Below, piece by piece: positions 21,524 through 33,794 of a stretch of DNA of 52,062 bases. The notes below the pieces were generated by a model. That model did no database searches and was not told where the DNA came from. It was given only the letters and a program-made list of their open reading frames with translations. How positions within the stretch are numbered: the first letter of the stretch is position 1; every line of letters starts with the position of its first letter. The stretch is from Octopus bimaculoides (lineage: Eukaryota): assembly GCF_001194135.2 (NCBI RefSeq), contig NC_068981.1, positions 113,810,406 to 113,862,467 on the forward strand, in the 5' to 3' direction. The translations under genes and the position numbers were made by a program.

Positions 21524-22315
21524 CAGTGTGGAGCAGAGAGGATGGACGTTTTTGAAAAATTCACAAAATCATTAAGCTTAGGTGTAAACAAATTTTATTG
21601 ACATCAATGTGTTTGTATTGAATTAGCATTTGTTAAAATTAAGTGTGAAAACCAACATCCATCAGGTGGTGTCCGTTTTCATTGAAGTATTTCTGAAGAC
21701 GTTCTTGGAAGTTGGCCTCCTTTTCTCTCCAGCATTGCTCTGTCGATTAGGGCGACATTGCTCTCTCTGATTTTCATGAGCCCAATAACGACAGTTCTGT
21801 TGATTCACCATGCCATTGAGATGAAAATGAGCTTCATCACTCATGAACAAAATGACGTAGCATCTTCATGCAAAATATGCCTTACCGATCGATTACCGAT
21901 ACCAAGTTCAGTAGAATGCCTTCGAGCAGAGCGATTCGGACTCCGTATCAAAGCTTGTCTGACGCGTTCCACATTTTCCTGGGTCTGGACCGTTCGTGGC
22001 GTCCCCACTGATCTCCTGTTCATTAGTGTACCTCGTGTACGAAGTACATTCACCCAACGTAAGATTGTGTCATGGGTGGGAAATGTTGAAGTGGTGCCGA
22101 AAATCACGTTGAACTGCTGTGACAGACTCGTTATTCTTCACTGTCGTAGGCAAATACGCATTGCTCTATCGTCCACAGTACCATGACTTCACCTGAAAAG
22201 AAAAAACAATGCTAAGACACCACGGACCGAATGGTACCTGTCAGACATATGTCCCTCCTCTTGGGGCTGAGTAATAGTCATTTCAAAAACCTCCCTTCTT
22301 TTCTGTTCCACCCTG
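21524..22315 (-). mobile_element. Internally deleted Tc1/mariner-superfamily element (HTH plus partial DDE)
   Basis: TA-flanked TIRs cagtgtggagcagagaggatggacgtttttgaaa and tttcaaaaacctcccttcttttctgttccaccctg. Translation gives TILRWVNVLRTRG..PRTVQTQENVERVRQALIRSPNRSARRHS and FMSDEAHFHLNGMVNQQNCRYWA. Confidence 0.9.
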
Positions 22316-23359
22316 TATATGTAGAAGTCTTCGGTTGTGATCCAAAGTACAAAACGATTATATAACTCATTATTCTTATCTTTTTCCTTTGAAATACCCT
22401 TGTATCTTTTAAGTATAATGACTCGTTTTCACTGAAGCATTTTTGCTTCAATGCAAAAAATACATATTTTTGTTATTGCTTCCTTAGCGATATGTTTGGT
22501 TTCGAATATTACAGAACCTTCTATTCTTTTTACCTTGCATATTATCATTCCAAGAAGAAATGTGTGTGCAGGCACATTAGAGATATTTTCAAAATCGGTT
22601 TACTTATTTTCATTATATCTGTTATTTTCAATGAATGATCAATGTTTGAAACAGAACAGAAAGTTTTTGCTGCACTATAGCGTTGTTAAAATAATTTTAC
22701 TTCCAGCATTATAAGCAACGAAATATAGACGACATAATTCATTTGCTTTATCGATCTTAGTTTCTGAAATACAAAGCTAACTCTTACGTAAAGAGGGATT
22801 CCGAACTACAGTGGGATTCCGAACGACAATGAGATTCCGAACAATACTCAATATATTCAAAAGCTACTAACTGAGTAATATACTATTATTTATGTATTAT
22901 TACGAACTTCAGCACTACCGAATTTACAAGCTGGAGATAAATACACATTTGTGAGGAATATATCAGCACTAAATTAAATTGTTCAACTTGGAATTGAAAG
23001 CCAGTCATGGGCTCACTTGGTCAGAAGGCTGCAATGATAGATTAGAGGTTACAGCTATAGTTCTTATTAAGAAGACAAATTTAATTTGCATATCAAATTG
23101 CAGTTTATAATGATATACAAAGCCATACTCGAATATACTTATTTCCCGCCTCGTTTTAATCAATAGATTCAGGTCATGATTGGACTCAGCCTTTAAGATC
23201 TTATTCGTATATTTCGCTCATTATTTATCGAATGGTCAAGTTTTAACTTTTGATATGAAATAACTTTAAACCTACTGCATAATCACACGCATAAACACAC
23301 CTCACAACCCTACACATTCACATAAACACCTCACACCCACATACATACCCCTATTTTCT

Positions 23360-23437
<78 letters not shown>

Positions 23438-23474
23438 GATTGCATATNNNNNNNNNNTTGTATATGAATATATA

Positions 23475-23686
23475 CAGGGTGTCCATAAATTACCTTTACA
23501 ATTTGAAAAATTCAGGCGAAAAAAATGAAAAATAAGGCTAACTAATCAGAGTTTTGACGATGACGTACCTTCTTAATGAAAAAAAATAGCTGTTTGCCAG
23601 CGGTGCAAAGAAGTTAATTGATAGATCTCAACCTTAATAGATACGGTTAATTGTGGAAGTTGTAAAAATAATATATGGGCACCCTA
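23475..23686. mobile_element. Tc1/mariner-type MITE
   Basis: TA|cagggtgtccataaattacctttacaatt ... agttgtaaaaataatatatgggcaccct|ATA: imperfect TIRs about 210 bp apart in TA context. Confidence 0.7.
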
Positions 23687-23707
23687 TATATATATAATAT
23701 ATATGTC

Positions 23708-23748
<41 letters not shown>

Positions 23749-24582
23749 TCATATCTATATATATTTAGACTCATTGCCAAATGAATTATATTATTTTTTA
23801 ATGTTTTATAAATAGTAGCCCGCTTTCATCGATGTGTATTTAAAAAAAAACATATAGGTGAACCCGGATGAGGTTAACAAACAACGAAGCCTATTCTCGT
23901 TCCAAGATGTCGAAAGTGCTACAGTTCAGAGAATCAGATTTAATTTCTCTGCAAGACATCGCATAGTAATTTATTTATGCCTCTATTCGCACTATATTGT
24001 AGTTTGTAATGTTTGTTTGAGATTTCTTGATACAATTCTCCCAAGATAAAAATTGTTAAAGCCAAAACTGATACGACTTCAAACTGTATGCACTTCACTT
24101 CAGTTACGCCTTTAATGGCTGAGGGATTGATTTGAGCTTACCAGTAGTTAATTGAATTGCGCAATCAAGTGGCTGTACTGTAAATGAGTGGGTATGTGGT
24201 CCTAATGAAGCATAAGATAATTGTGAGTTAGGGCCAAATCCATTAAATTAAATTTCTTTTCGAAGCTATCATTAAAATGACAGATCGTTATAATTCTCCG
24301 TGCAAGATTTTAAGTTATGACAAGCTAGAAGTTTAATAAAATAACAAATAAATTAGTATATTAGACAAAGTTTGGGGTCTGCTAACCTGGAATTCAACAG
24401 AATATTCATGTTTTCATTTCAGCCAAGCAAAAGGATGAAATACAAATTATGCAAATGAAAATAGACAAATATAAATATGAGAATCTAGTAGAATTTGAAA
24501 TCATATCCAATGTTTTATGTCTATGGATCACTAATATTGTAGAACGAGTTTGCAATGACACAACAATACTGTGGTTGGGGGT

Positions 24583-24860
24583 AGGATTAGTTGTTAGAAT
24601 GCTGCACTCACGATCTTGCGATTGCGGTTTGAATTCCTAGACAGGGTTGTGTGTTTTGTTCTTGAGCAAAAAACTTCATCTCACGTTGATCTGGGATCAC
24701 TTCGACACCTAACGTGTGGTATACCGTTCACCTGTTCAGACAACGTCGATTTGATGGAGAGAGTGAGCTAATGCACAACACCTATATTTGATCACTATAA
24801 ACAAATTATTTGTGCAGGTTGTTCAGCAAGAACCGTCTTTCTCAGACTACGAGAGAGTAC
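24583..24860 (+). mobile_element. Degenerate tRNA-derived SINE (family 2-like)
   Basis: tRNA-like head (..cactcacgatcttgcgattgcggtttgaattcct) followed by ttcttgagcaaaaaacttcatctcacgttg, related to 43413-43735. Confidence 0.65.
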
Positions 24861-25169
24861 CATCACAACAAAACAATTAATTCCTTTATCACAGAAAGCA
24901 TGCAGATACTAAAGTATTTATCGTTTTCCATCTTTATATTTTAAAGCTACCCTTTTGATTTTGTTTAAATGTAAGCATGATCAATTTCAGACCAGCCAAT
25001 AAAACTTAATATAACCTATAAAACATACATTTATACAATCTATAAAAATAATCACAGTCGAATAATTGTGTGCTCCTTAGATTGATTCGACATGATTTGC
25101 TAGCGACTAGTGCTAGACATGCTTTTATCATCTGGGAAGCAGTTTAGTAGCATGTGTTTATCGGGATCC

Positions 25170-26212
25170 GGACAAAACTCCCCTAGGACAAAATCGCTTC
25201 GGACAAAATCTCCTAAGTCAAAGTGCGAAAGCAGACAAAACCTCCTCAGTTATATTTTCCGAGTATTTTTCGTCATTTTTAGCCGAATATATCGACCGAA
25301 AGAAAATCAGCATTTTGAAATTTAAATTCCACCTCCCACCTCAATTTTTCCTTTTTCACTTTTTTGCGAAAATTTTATGGGGATTCCACGTAGACAGAGA
25401 GACCACGCCTATATCCACACCAATATTCCTAACGTTTTTAAACTCATTACCTTATAACCCACTCAGCTATATTTTTTCTGTTATGGCAAACTTTCGGTTT
25501 TGAGTATTCGTTACAAAAATGTTATTTTTTGGGTAAAAAAAATCATTAAGGATTTTTCCAGCCATAGAATCCACATTTTTATTAATTGTCAAACAAATTT
25601 AAAGTTTTTTGTTGTCTGTTCTCTGCACTTAGAGATTAATGGGAATGAGTAGACCTTTTGATCTTTCTCCGGTCATTGAAGGTTTAACAGAAATATGGTG
25701 CCGTTCTTACCATAAGTCAGTCGTTCAAACATACTTCTTGTCGTTTTTATCTTTCTACATTCCTTTTATTCTATATTTTTCTTGTATCATGATACTGTCT
25801 GATGACGATGATGGTTGTGATAGTAGTGACGATGTTGATGGTAGTTATAGTGATGATGACGATGCTGCTGATGATGAAGAATGTTTTTGACTTGTAAACA
25901 CATATCTTGAATTAAATGCTTTCTCTTTTGTTAGAATTCAGAAAATATGTACCTTGAGTAGTAAGGACTCTTGTATTCTGTTATTCAGTAAAAAAAAAAA
26001 AGCTTGACACAAGAAGTACCAGGCATACAGTCGATTAAAATTCTGTAAGATGGTGCTCTAGCATGGCCGCAGTCTAATGACTGAAACAAGTAAAAGGAAA
26101 AAAAAAAGCGAAAAGTAATCGAACAATATAACCAAGAAAGTTTTATCCGACTTCGTACTTTAATAAAGAGGGTTTTGTTCGAGCGGCTTTTGTCGTAGGA
26201 GAGTTTTGTCCT
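25170..26212. mobile_element. Probable non-autonomous MULE-like element with repeated GGACAAAA motifs in inverted arms
   Basis: Left arm ggacaaaactcccctaggacaaaatcgcttcggacaaaatctcct aligns with the reverse complement of 26168-26212 (ggacaaaactctcctacgacaaaagccgctcgaacaaaacccct). Superfamily is inferred. Confidence 0.6.
25795..25880 (+). repeat. Degenerate (GAT)n repeat
   Basis: gatgacgatgatggttgtgatagtagtgacgatgttgat..gatgatgaagaa. Confidence 0.9.
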
Positions 26213-26306
26213 ACACTCGTGTTTATCTAGTCCTTAGTACTATTTAGAATTAGTTCAACCATTTATTGCCATATGACAATCAGCATACTTGATTTGTTCC
26301 TATTGT

Positions 26307-26421
<115 letters not shown>

Positions 26422-27869
26422 ACGCGTGCATGCGCGTGTTTTAATTTTGGATAAAAGTCCAAAATTGAAACTCGCTTTGCGAAAATACTAAGAGATATTT
26501 TTACAGATGAATGTAGGTCAGTAACAATATTGACTGAATGAATGTACGATCGAGAAAGAAGTAATAAAGAGAAGATAGATATGTCTCGTTGGAAAGTTAG
26601 TGCATCGTTACACCACATGCCGTTTTATAAGTAACAGCAGAATTACAAAGAAATGATTATCAGTTGAAAATTGTATAATTGAATTTTCGGAAGTTAAAAC
26701 AGCAAAAAATGCAAAAAGGAGAACTTGAATCTTTTTCCGATGTTACAGAGAAATAGATATGTGATAATTTACATGATATTATCAAAGGTGATGAGACTAA
26801 ACTGGGATGCTTATCACATTCCATAGCCTTTAATTTCCACGAGACAAGTAGCCACATACCCAATAATAGCGACGAAGTGAGCCAAAATATTATTCTGCTA
26901 TCCGTTCATGAATTTAATTAGCAGTAATCTGTTATCCGAAACATGTATTTCAGCGCTGAGATGTTTACAGATACTCTAATCAATATATACTTTGCAGTTC
27001 GTTAATCCAAATGCAGCATTATAAAGTTTTTTGTTCTCTTATATGCTTTGGTTTCAACGTTTGCTGTTCAGTTTTCATGTTATAATTTTTCGCTGAAATT
27101 GTAGGCTTTTGCTTCAATGCTTATAATATTCATTTATAACATAACATTAGTTGCTATCCACGAAGGTGTATATTGAAATGTTTTGGACATTGCTTGGTAC
27201 GCTACAATTTTGTTTGACCTATTTAGCTTGTAACAAATGTCAGCTATAGAAAAGAATAAATTTTGTTTGCGCTTGGGTAAACATTTACTCAAGATTTTTC
27301 AGGTTTGCAAAAATAGCTGATCATTATGCATTCTCTACCTATTAACAAATTTGCCGAACAGAATATCTAAGTTGTTTATTTGTGGCGAGATATCAAATTC
27401 TTTCAGTCACTGTTTTCTATGTTTAATACATTTACATACGATCTCTGTTCAAAGGAGGTAAGTAAAACGTGAAAAATTTATATCGTTTGCAAGTGTATTG
27501 ATAACTGGTGCACCAGCATGACCGCAGCCACTTGGCTAAAACACATAAATAAATAAATAAATAATATCAGTTTTGTTTAGAAATCAAAACCAAAGATGAA
27601 TGTTAGAAATATAGTTTTATGATGGAGAGTAGTAAGTTCAAACAATTATATCTGCTGCTTAACTTGCAACCTGTGCGATGCAGAAAGCATCTCCTGCTTT
27701 TCTGATAATAGTCTGATAGAAGCTGTTGCTATTATTGTTTAACCTTAAATTTGATTGAGAAAACGTATGAACAAATGTGTTACAGTTGTGCCCAACTCAT
27801 CTATTTGTATAAACTAAGTAACGTATCTCTTACTAAGTAATGTATCTCTGAAGAGGATAATATGTAATT

Positions 27870-28034
27870 TGGAGAATATTTAGCTGCTATTTGTAGCAAG
27901 TTGAGTGACAAAGTAAAGGTTCTCTCACTTGAAGATGTTGCAGAAGTAAGACTGTGTTGGCGTGCGACTTCCTTCAGGAATTGTAGGCAGTGTTCTTTGC
28001 CCATACTGAGACATAACGGTTGTGGGTAAACCAC
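27870..28034 (-). pseudogene. Possible hAT transposase C-terminal dimerisation-domain remnant
   Basis: QPLC..LKEVARQHSLTSATSSSERTFTL resembles PLxWW..LxxVARxYLxxPATSxSSERxFS. Confidence 0.45.
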
Positions 28035-28757
28035 TTACGGATATTAGGATTATTGGTTTATAAGAGGAATGTTAAAAACATTACTCCTAGCATTAAATAA
28101 TATTCAAATAGTACAGAAATGAGACGAGTTTACTTTAACTAAATTACAAAGTATAGGTTTAAATAAACGCTTTGCACATTTTAATGCTAGGAGTAATTTA
28201 TGCTTTAATATATTCTTAGAGTATTCTATACTTGCTCGTTGCGAACTCATTTACTTTTATTATTTACTCTCTTGGTCCATTAATTAACATGAACAATTAA
28301 GTCGCTAATTCTCCCTAGTAATGTATTCTTAATGTTTATATATTTACATATTCATTTATTTATTTATATATTTATATTTCTTACATTTCTACTTCTATGT
28401 GTATATATGTTTATATCTGTATCTGTGTGCATATATATGTATAAATGTATGTGTGCGTGTGTGCGTGTGGTTATATGTACTGTGATATATGTGTATCTTT
28501 ATCTATATATGTATATGTATATATAGTCAATCCAAACAAGAAAAAACAACGCGAGGACATGATACAAGTACTGTTATTGGGTGTTCAGGAAAGGAAAGGA
28601 AAGAAAGAGGATTTCACGATTCGAGCGGAGTTCTTCAACAGAAATATAGAAAAAGTCCAAATAAGGGAAGACAGAGAAAGAAAACCGCCAACGATACTAT
28701 GTATGTATGTATGTATGTATGTATGTATGTATGTATGTATCTATCTATCTATCTATC

Positions 28758-28794
<37 letters not shown>

Positions 28795-29339
28795 CTGTAA
28801 TATAATATGTGGCAATTATTCGGTTGCCATAATATGACTCCGAGTTTTGGATATTGGGGCGGAAAACTGCTCCGGCATCTCGTCAGTTATTAAGACAAAC
28901 AAAAATGCTTTGAAAATGACCGTTAAATAAAAGGAAAAAACCGAAGGAGAGAAAGTAAAAAATCACTCATAGAATTCGCGTATGCGCGCATGTACATACA
29001 TACATATACATGCGCGCACGCACACCCATGTACATGTGTACATGTGCCTATATGCATATGCTCACTCACACTCGCGTGAAACACATACGTGCACACCCAC
29101 ATACGCGCCTATATGTGCACATACATATGCAACCATACACATGTACACATATACATATCTGCACACACACGTACACATACCCATACGCGCTCAATTATAT
29201 TCATATACACGTCTAAATACGCATATACTATATATGCATATGCTCAGTCACACTCGCGTGAAACATGCATGCACACACACACACACACCTATATGTATAC
29301 ATATATATGCAACCATACACATGTACACATATACATACT

Positions 29340-29392
<53 letters not shown>

Positions 29393-29679
29393 ATATATGC
29401 CCATACGCGCACAAATAAGTTCATATACAAGTCTATATACGCATATGCACAAAAATACAGGGTGTTTTTTTAGAGTAAACTGGCAACNNNNNNNNNNNNN
29501 NNNNNNNNNNNNNNNNNNNNNNNNNNNNNNNNNNNNNNNNNNNNNNNNNNNNNNNNNNNNNNNNNNNNNNNNNNNNNNNNNNNNNNNNNNNNNNNNNNNN
29601 NNNNNNNNNNNNNNNNNNNNNNNNNNNNNNNNNNNNNNNNNNNNNNNNNNNNNNNNNNNATATATAATCACTACAGTTT

Positions 29680-30150
29680 CTTCAGCAGAATTTTGTGGTC
29701 CACTCTGTCAAATGCCTTGCTGAAATCAAGGTATCAGTGTTGGAGCCTTCTTCCAACGCTTTTAAGATGTCATCAAAATGGTGCAGAAGCTGCGACAGGC
29801 AGTCCTTGCCACCACGGAATCCATGCTGGTTGGGGTTCAGCAGATTTTTGTCTTCGAGGAAGTGAGTTATTCGCGATCTCACCACCCTCTCAAATACTTT
29901 AATGAAATAAGAAGTGAGTGAAATCGGACGGTAGTTCGCTGCAAGAGATTTGTTTCCCTTTTTAAAGACTGGAACGACAGACTGGCGGAAAAAAGGATCA
30001 GGAATGTAATCTGTATCAAGTGAGTTTCTCCAGAGCTCAGCTAGAGGGAGTGAAATTTGATGTCGACACATCTTCAGGACAGTGAAGAAATTGGAGTCGA
30101 CAAGAAGGAGTACGGCTGGAAAGCTATTTTTTAATCACTACAATTGTTTC
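29680..30150 (-). pseudogene. CR1-clade LINE reverse transcriptase remnant
   Basis: VVPVFKKGNKSLAANYRPISLTSYFIKVFERVV..LLNPNQHGFRGGKDCLSQLL, then a frameshift at the (D)FSKAFD position. Confidence 0.88.
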
Positions 30151-30868
30151 CACTCAAAGAGGTTCTCCATAGATACAGGTATTTGATTATGCAACTGTTT
30201 TTTTTTACATAATGAGAGCTTGTTGCGCTTGCTCAGGTGTTTGCTCATTGTTGTCTCCGTTAGTTTAAAATCTTCGACTTGAAGTCCATGCCATCCGTCC
30301 GTCTTGGTTTGAATTCTGTAGCAGTTAGTAGATTCATGTTGTTCGCTACCAGAGTGTTTGTTGGACTGCTATGAGTGGTAGTGGATGGCTATTTTGGTAC
30401 CGGTAGATCGCTGACCTGTTCTTCATCGTTTGCTGCACATGCGAATTTTATTAGCTGACCATCAGTATACAGTGGTCGAATACATACATACATACATACA
30501 TACACACGGAGACTCACACATACCTTCCTACACACAAGCCAACCTATATATATATATATGCCTGTATACACACACAGATACGCTTACATATACTCACATG
30601 CACATACATTCGTATACATACATACATATTCAAGCAAACCTTCCCCACACAAACAAACTATGTATATATGCCTATATATACACATAGATACTCTCACATA
30701 TACATACACGGATCAACATATACCCTTTTAAACCTATATAAATTCCCTCTTGCAAATGTAGGAATATATACATACCCACATGCATTCACATAGATAAGTA
30801 AGCAAACGTACTCAATTTGCCTTGTGCATACAAATAGCGAAGCACTTCGTATATACGCACTCGTACCC

Positions 30869-30912
<44 letters not shown>

Positions 30913-30913
30913 A

Positions 30914-31070
30914 CGACGAGCTTCTTTCAGTTTCCGTCTACCAAATCCACTCACAAGGCTTTGGTCGGCCCGTGGCTATAGTAGAAGACACTTGCTCAAG
31001 GTGCCACGCAGTGGGACTGAACCTGGAACCATGTGGTTCGTAAGCAAGCTACTTACCACACAGCCACTCC
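30914..31070 (-). mobile_element. SINE family 1, 5' half with intact tRNA-like head
   Basis: Minus strand ggagTGGCTGTGTGGtaagtagcttgcttacgaaccacatggttccaGGTTCAGTCCCactgcgtggcacc shows A-box and B-box-like motifs. Confidence 0.92.
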
Positions 31071-31324
31071 NNNNNNNNNNNNNNNNNNNNNNNNNNNNNN
31101 NNNNNNNNNNNNNNNNNNNNNNNNNNNNNNNNNNNNNNNNNNNNNNNNNNNNNNNNNNNNNNNNNNNNNNNNNNNNNNNNNNNNNNNNTATATAATGCAA
31201 GAGAGTTAGGGGTTGAGGATTCAACCCACTAAGGGATAGTATCTATCCAATATACTGTTGGGAGTGTACCCAATTATTGTTACACTAGTGTTATACCAAG
31301 TGCAATAAGTGGGTGCGTGTAAAA

Positions 31325-31392
31325 TTAATACATCTGTTTGTTGTCTACACCACCTGTCTTCGTCTTTTGTTATTTTTTGTGAATTCTCCCCC
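31325..31392 (-). mobile_element. Inverted copy of the 2582-2650 repeat, abutting (TA)n
   Basis: Reverse complement gggggagaattcacaaaaaataacaaaagacgaagacaggtggtgtagacaacaaacagatgtatta. Confidence 0.8.
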
Positions 31393-32880
31393 TATATATA
31401 TGTGTGTGTGCATGCGCGCGCGCGCACGTAAAGCTAAGATTCAAAGATCAATGTGTAGGAAGTAAGTAGAATGCATAAAGAACAACTTTCAGGAGCAATA
31501 ATGTTTTATTGACGTAGGAGGTCTTCTGACACCTGATTTTAATGTCATGTTTATCATTGCTTTTGCAATGTAATAGATGGTTGGTATTAAGGATGGAACT
31601 CGACCAAACGAACTTAAGACAATTCAAAAGCGGCAGAATTTGAACGATCTGCATCAAAGAACGAAACTACATACCAAATGGTGTTTTGTCCGACGCACCT
31701 CCTTCTTTACGTCTGATTTACTTTGTAAATCAGAGGAAAATGCGAGAGTAAATCACTGAAGCAGTCGGTGTTTTACAGAATGAAGTATAAATAAACAGTC
31801 ATAAAAAACAATTGTATATACACAACTGATCTAAAACGTTCCAATAGGCGGATAGCCACATAGAGTTCTCCGGCATATTGGCGCATGTAGGCACCTTCAC
31901 ATGTCCGTACTCACCATGCACAAACACTTTTCAATAAATGTCTTGGACCGAAATTAAACTTACTGTCCAGTAAATTTACTGGACAAAACCTCATTCTGTC
32001 GTAATCCGCCTTTCCCGGCGTTCCTCACATGTATTGAATCCAGGGAGCACGTGGCAATGACTATTCATAGTGGCAATGACTATTCATAACTCGAAATGTC
32101 AGGAATATTGGGACACTGAGCGAGAGCATACAGAACAGTTTGTTGCTCTTTAAGTATAATATTACAAAGTTAAAGTGATTAAATTAATATTTCTTCTCTA
32201 AGATCCTTTCTAAATAAGCACAATATGCCCAGCATTAATAAATTTATATTCAAAAGACAACATTTGAGTTACTCCGGTTGATTATTGTCTTTTGTGAATA
32301 GAAATATGGTTATTAATAAATCCTAATAATTCATTCATTTCCCAAAAAGCTACACTGACTTCTAAAGCAGTTTGCTTTATTAGTAATTACAGCATATTAC
32401 GCTGTATAGTTACAATTTCGTACTTGTAAAAATAGTTAACTATATTTTCTTTTACCAATTAAATAATCTATAGAACCTTTTAGAACAATAAAACAAATCC
32501 TTTGAAATGTTTTCTTTGCATTTATGTCAAAAGATATTTTCAAATGGAAATTAAATGAATTGAGGTCATATCAAAGTTTCGTGAGCGATCAGATATAAAT
32601 TGCTTACAATAGCAACACTGCTTTATAAGAGGAATTAGTCCATTGTAATTAATGATGATCAGAATAGTCATGTGATATCTTGAAATATTTTTGAAGAACA
32701 ATGAAAAAGGTTTGTTATTGCAGCTTTTCCTTATTTTACGCAAGGCAGTGTGCTAGGATGAGAGGATAAGTAGTTCAGAAGATGAAAGTCCATTTTCTTT
32801 TTCATATTCCCCAAATCCTTAAAATCTGGGGTCGGTTCAATCAGCCTTCATATACAAATATGTGGTCTTGCAAAGTATGG

Positions 32881-33038
32881 TGTTATGAGCCGGGCTGTGT
32901 TGTAGGGAAGAACCGGAATTGAGAGAGTAGGCATGTGCTGTCAGAAGTGGAGCCTGTGGGTCCCACTGGAAGGGCTGCGGTGTGTATGCGGAGTCAGTGA
33001 GGCGTGAGCAGTCAGTCAGCGGCGAACAGCGCATAACA
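32881..33038. mobile_element. LTR-like 158-bp GC-rich segment
   Basis: Begins TGTTATGAGC and ends GCGCATAACA (9/10 inverted termini, TG..CA), 230 bp upstream of a gag remnant. No TSD or PBS found. Confidence 0.5.
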
Positions 33039-33269
33039 GCAGGTGTGTTAGACGGTACAGCCGCGCACAGCGCACGTGGTCGTTGAGTGAATCTTGCAGA
33101 TCGAGACAGAGTACGTGGACGTTGAGAGTGACCATCTTCAGGACCGACAGGTAAAACTACCGCAATTCTCTCTTTACTTCCGTCTTTTTTCCTCTTTCAC
33201 ATCACAAGCTTTTTCGGCTAAAAAAAAAAAATGATGAGTATGGTCCGTGTTTCGAATGAATTTTAGTTC

Positions 33270-33780
33270 GTGGCAAGACTCCAAGGTATAGATGACCTAG
33301 CGAGTTTCATACCGATGTACCTCGATGGATCACCATTGGCGCTATACCTGGAAATGGAAGAGAAGGACCAGTTAAGTGCAGAAAAAATAGAAGGCCGGCT
33401 GATGGAGGCTTTTACAGAAGGGCCATTTATGGCATTTTGTCGACTGGGGAAAGCGAAGTGGACGGGTGAACATGTCTATGTGTTTGCCAACGAAATCAGA
33501 TTAGCTAGACTTGTGGGATACAGGGATGACTCGTTGGAACAAACAGTTAAATTAGCCTTTGTGACAGGATTTCCTGACCACGTGTCTCCCTTCCAGTGCC
33601 ATTCCGCTGTCCACTGCCAGCCATCGAACACAGCCCCAAAATCTTTGTCTGTAATGGTGTGTGCAGCATATTTTTCTTCGCAGCTCTCACAGCGCATAGC
33701 GGCCCCGCATCACCGAACGCTATACCGGCTTCATCGACCGTGACACCTCTCAAACGGATAATGGCGTCCATCTCCATCAC
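33270..33780 (+). pseudogene. Gypsy-type gag remnant joined to an inverted pol-linker fragment
   Basis: Plus strand ARLQGIDDLASFIPMYLDGSPLALYLEM..LMEAFT..ANEIRLARLVG..VKLAFVTGFPD to ~33585. Minus strand 33590-33700 reads ITDKDFGAVFDGWQWTAEWHWKG. Confidence 0.65.
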
Positions 33781-33794
33781 CACTGCTATTACTA

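Noticed and set aside
23860-23930. Hammerhead-like spacing (gaac-ccggatga..cgaaagtgctaca-gttc)
   Set aside because: Too many core mismatches and no stem II.
26600-27460. Possible decayed coding sequence
   Set aside because: No motif could be recognised in any frame by eye, so it is left unannotated.
33085-33145. Hammerhead on the minus strand (ctgaaga-tggtc..gacca)
   Set aside because: No GAAA or stem III follows the stem.
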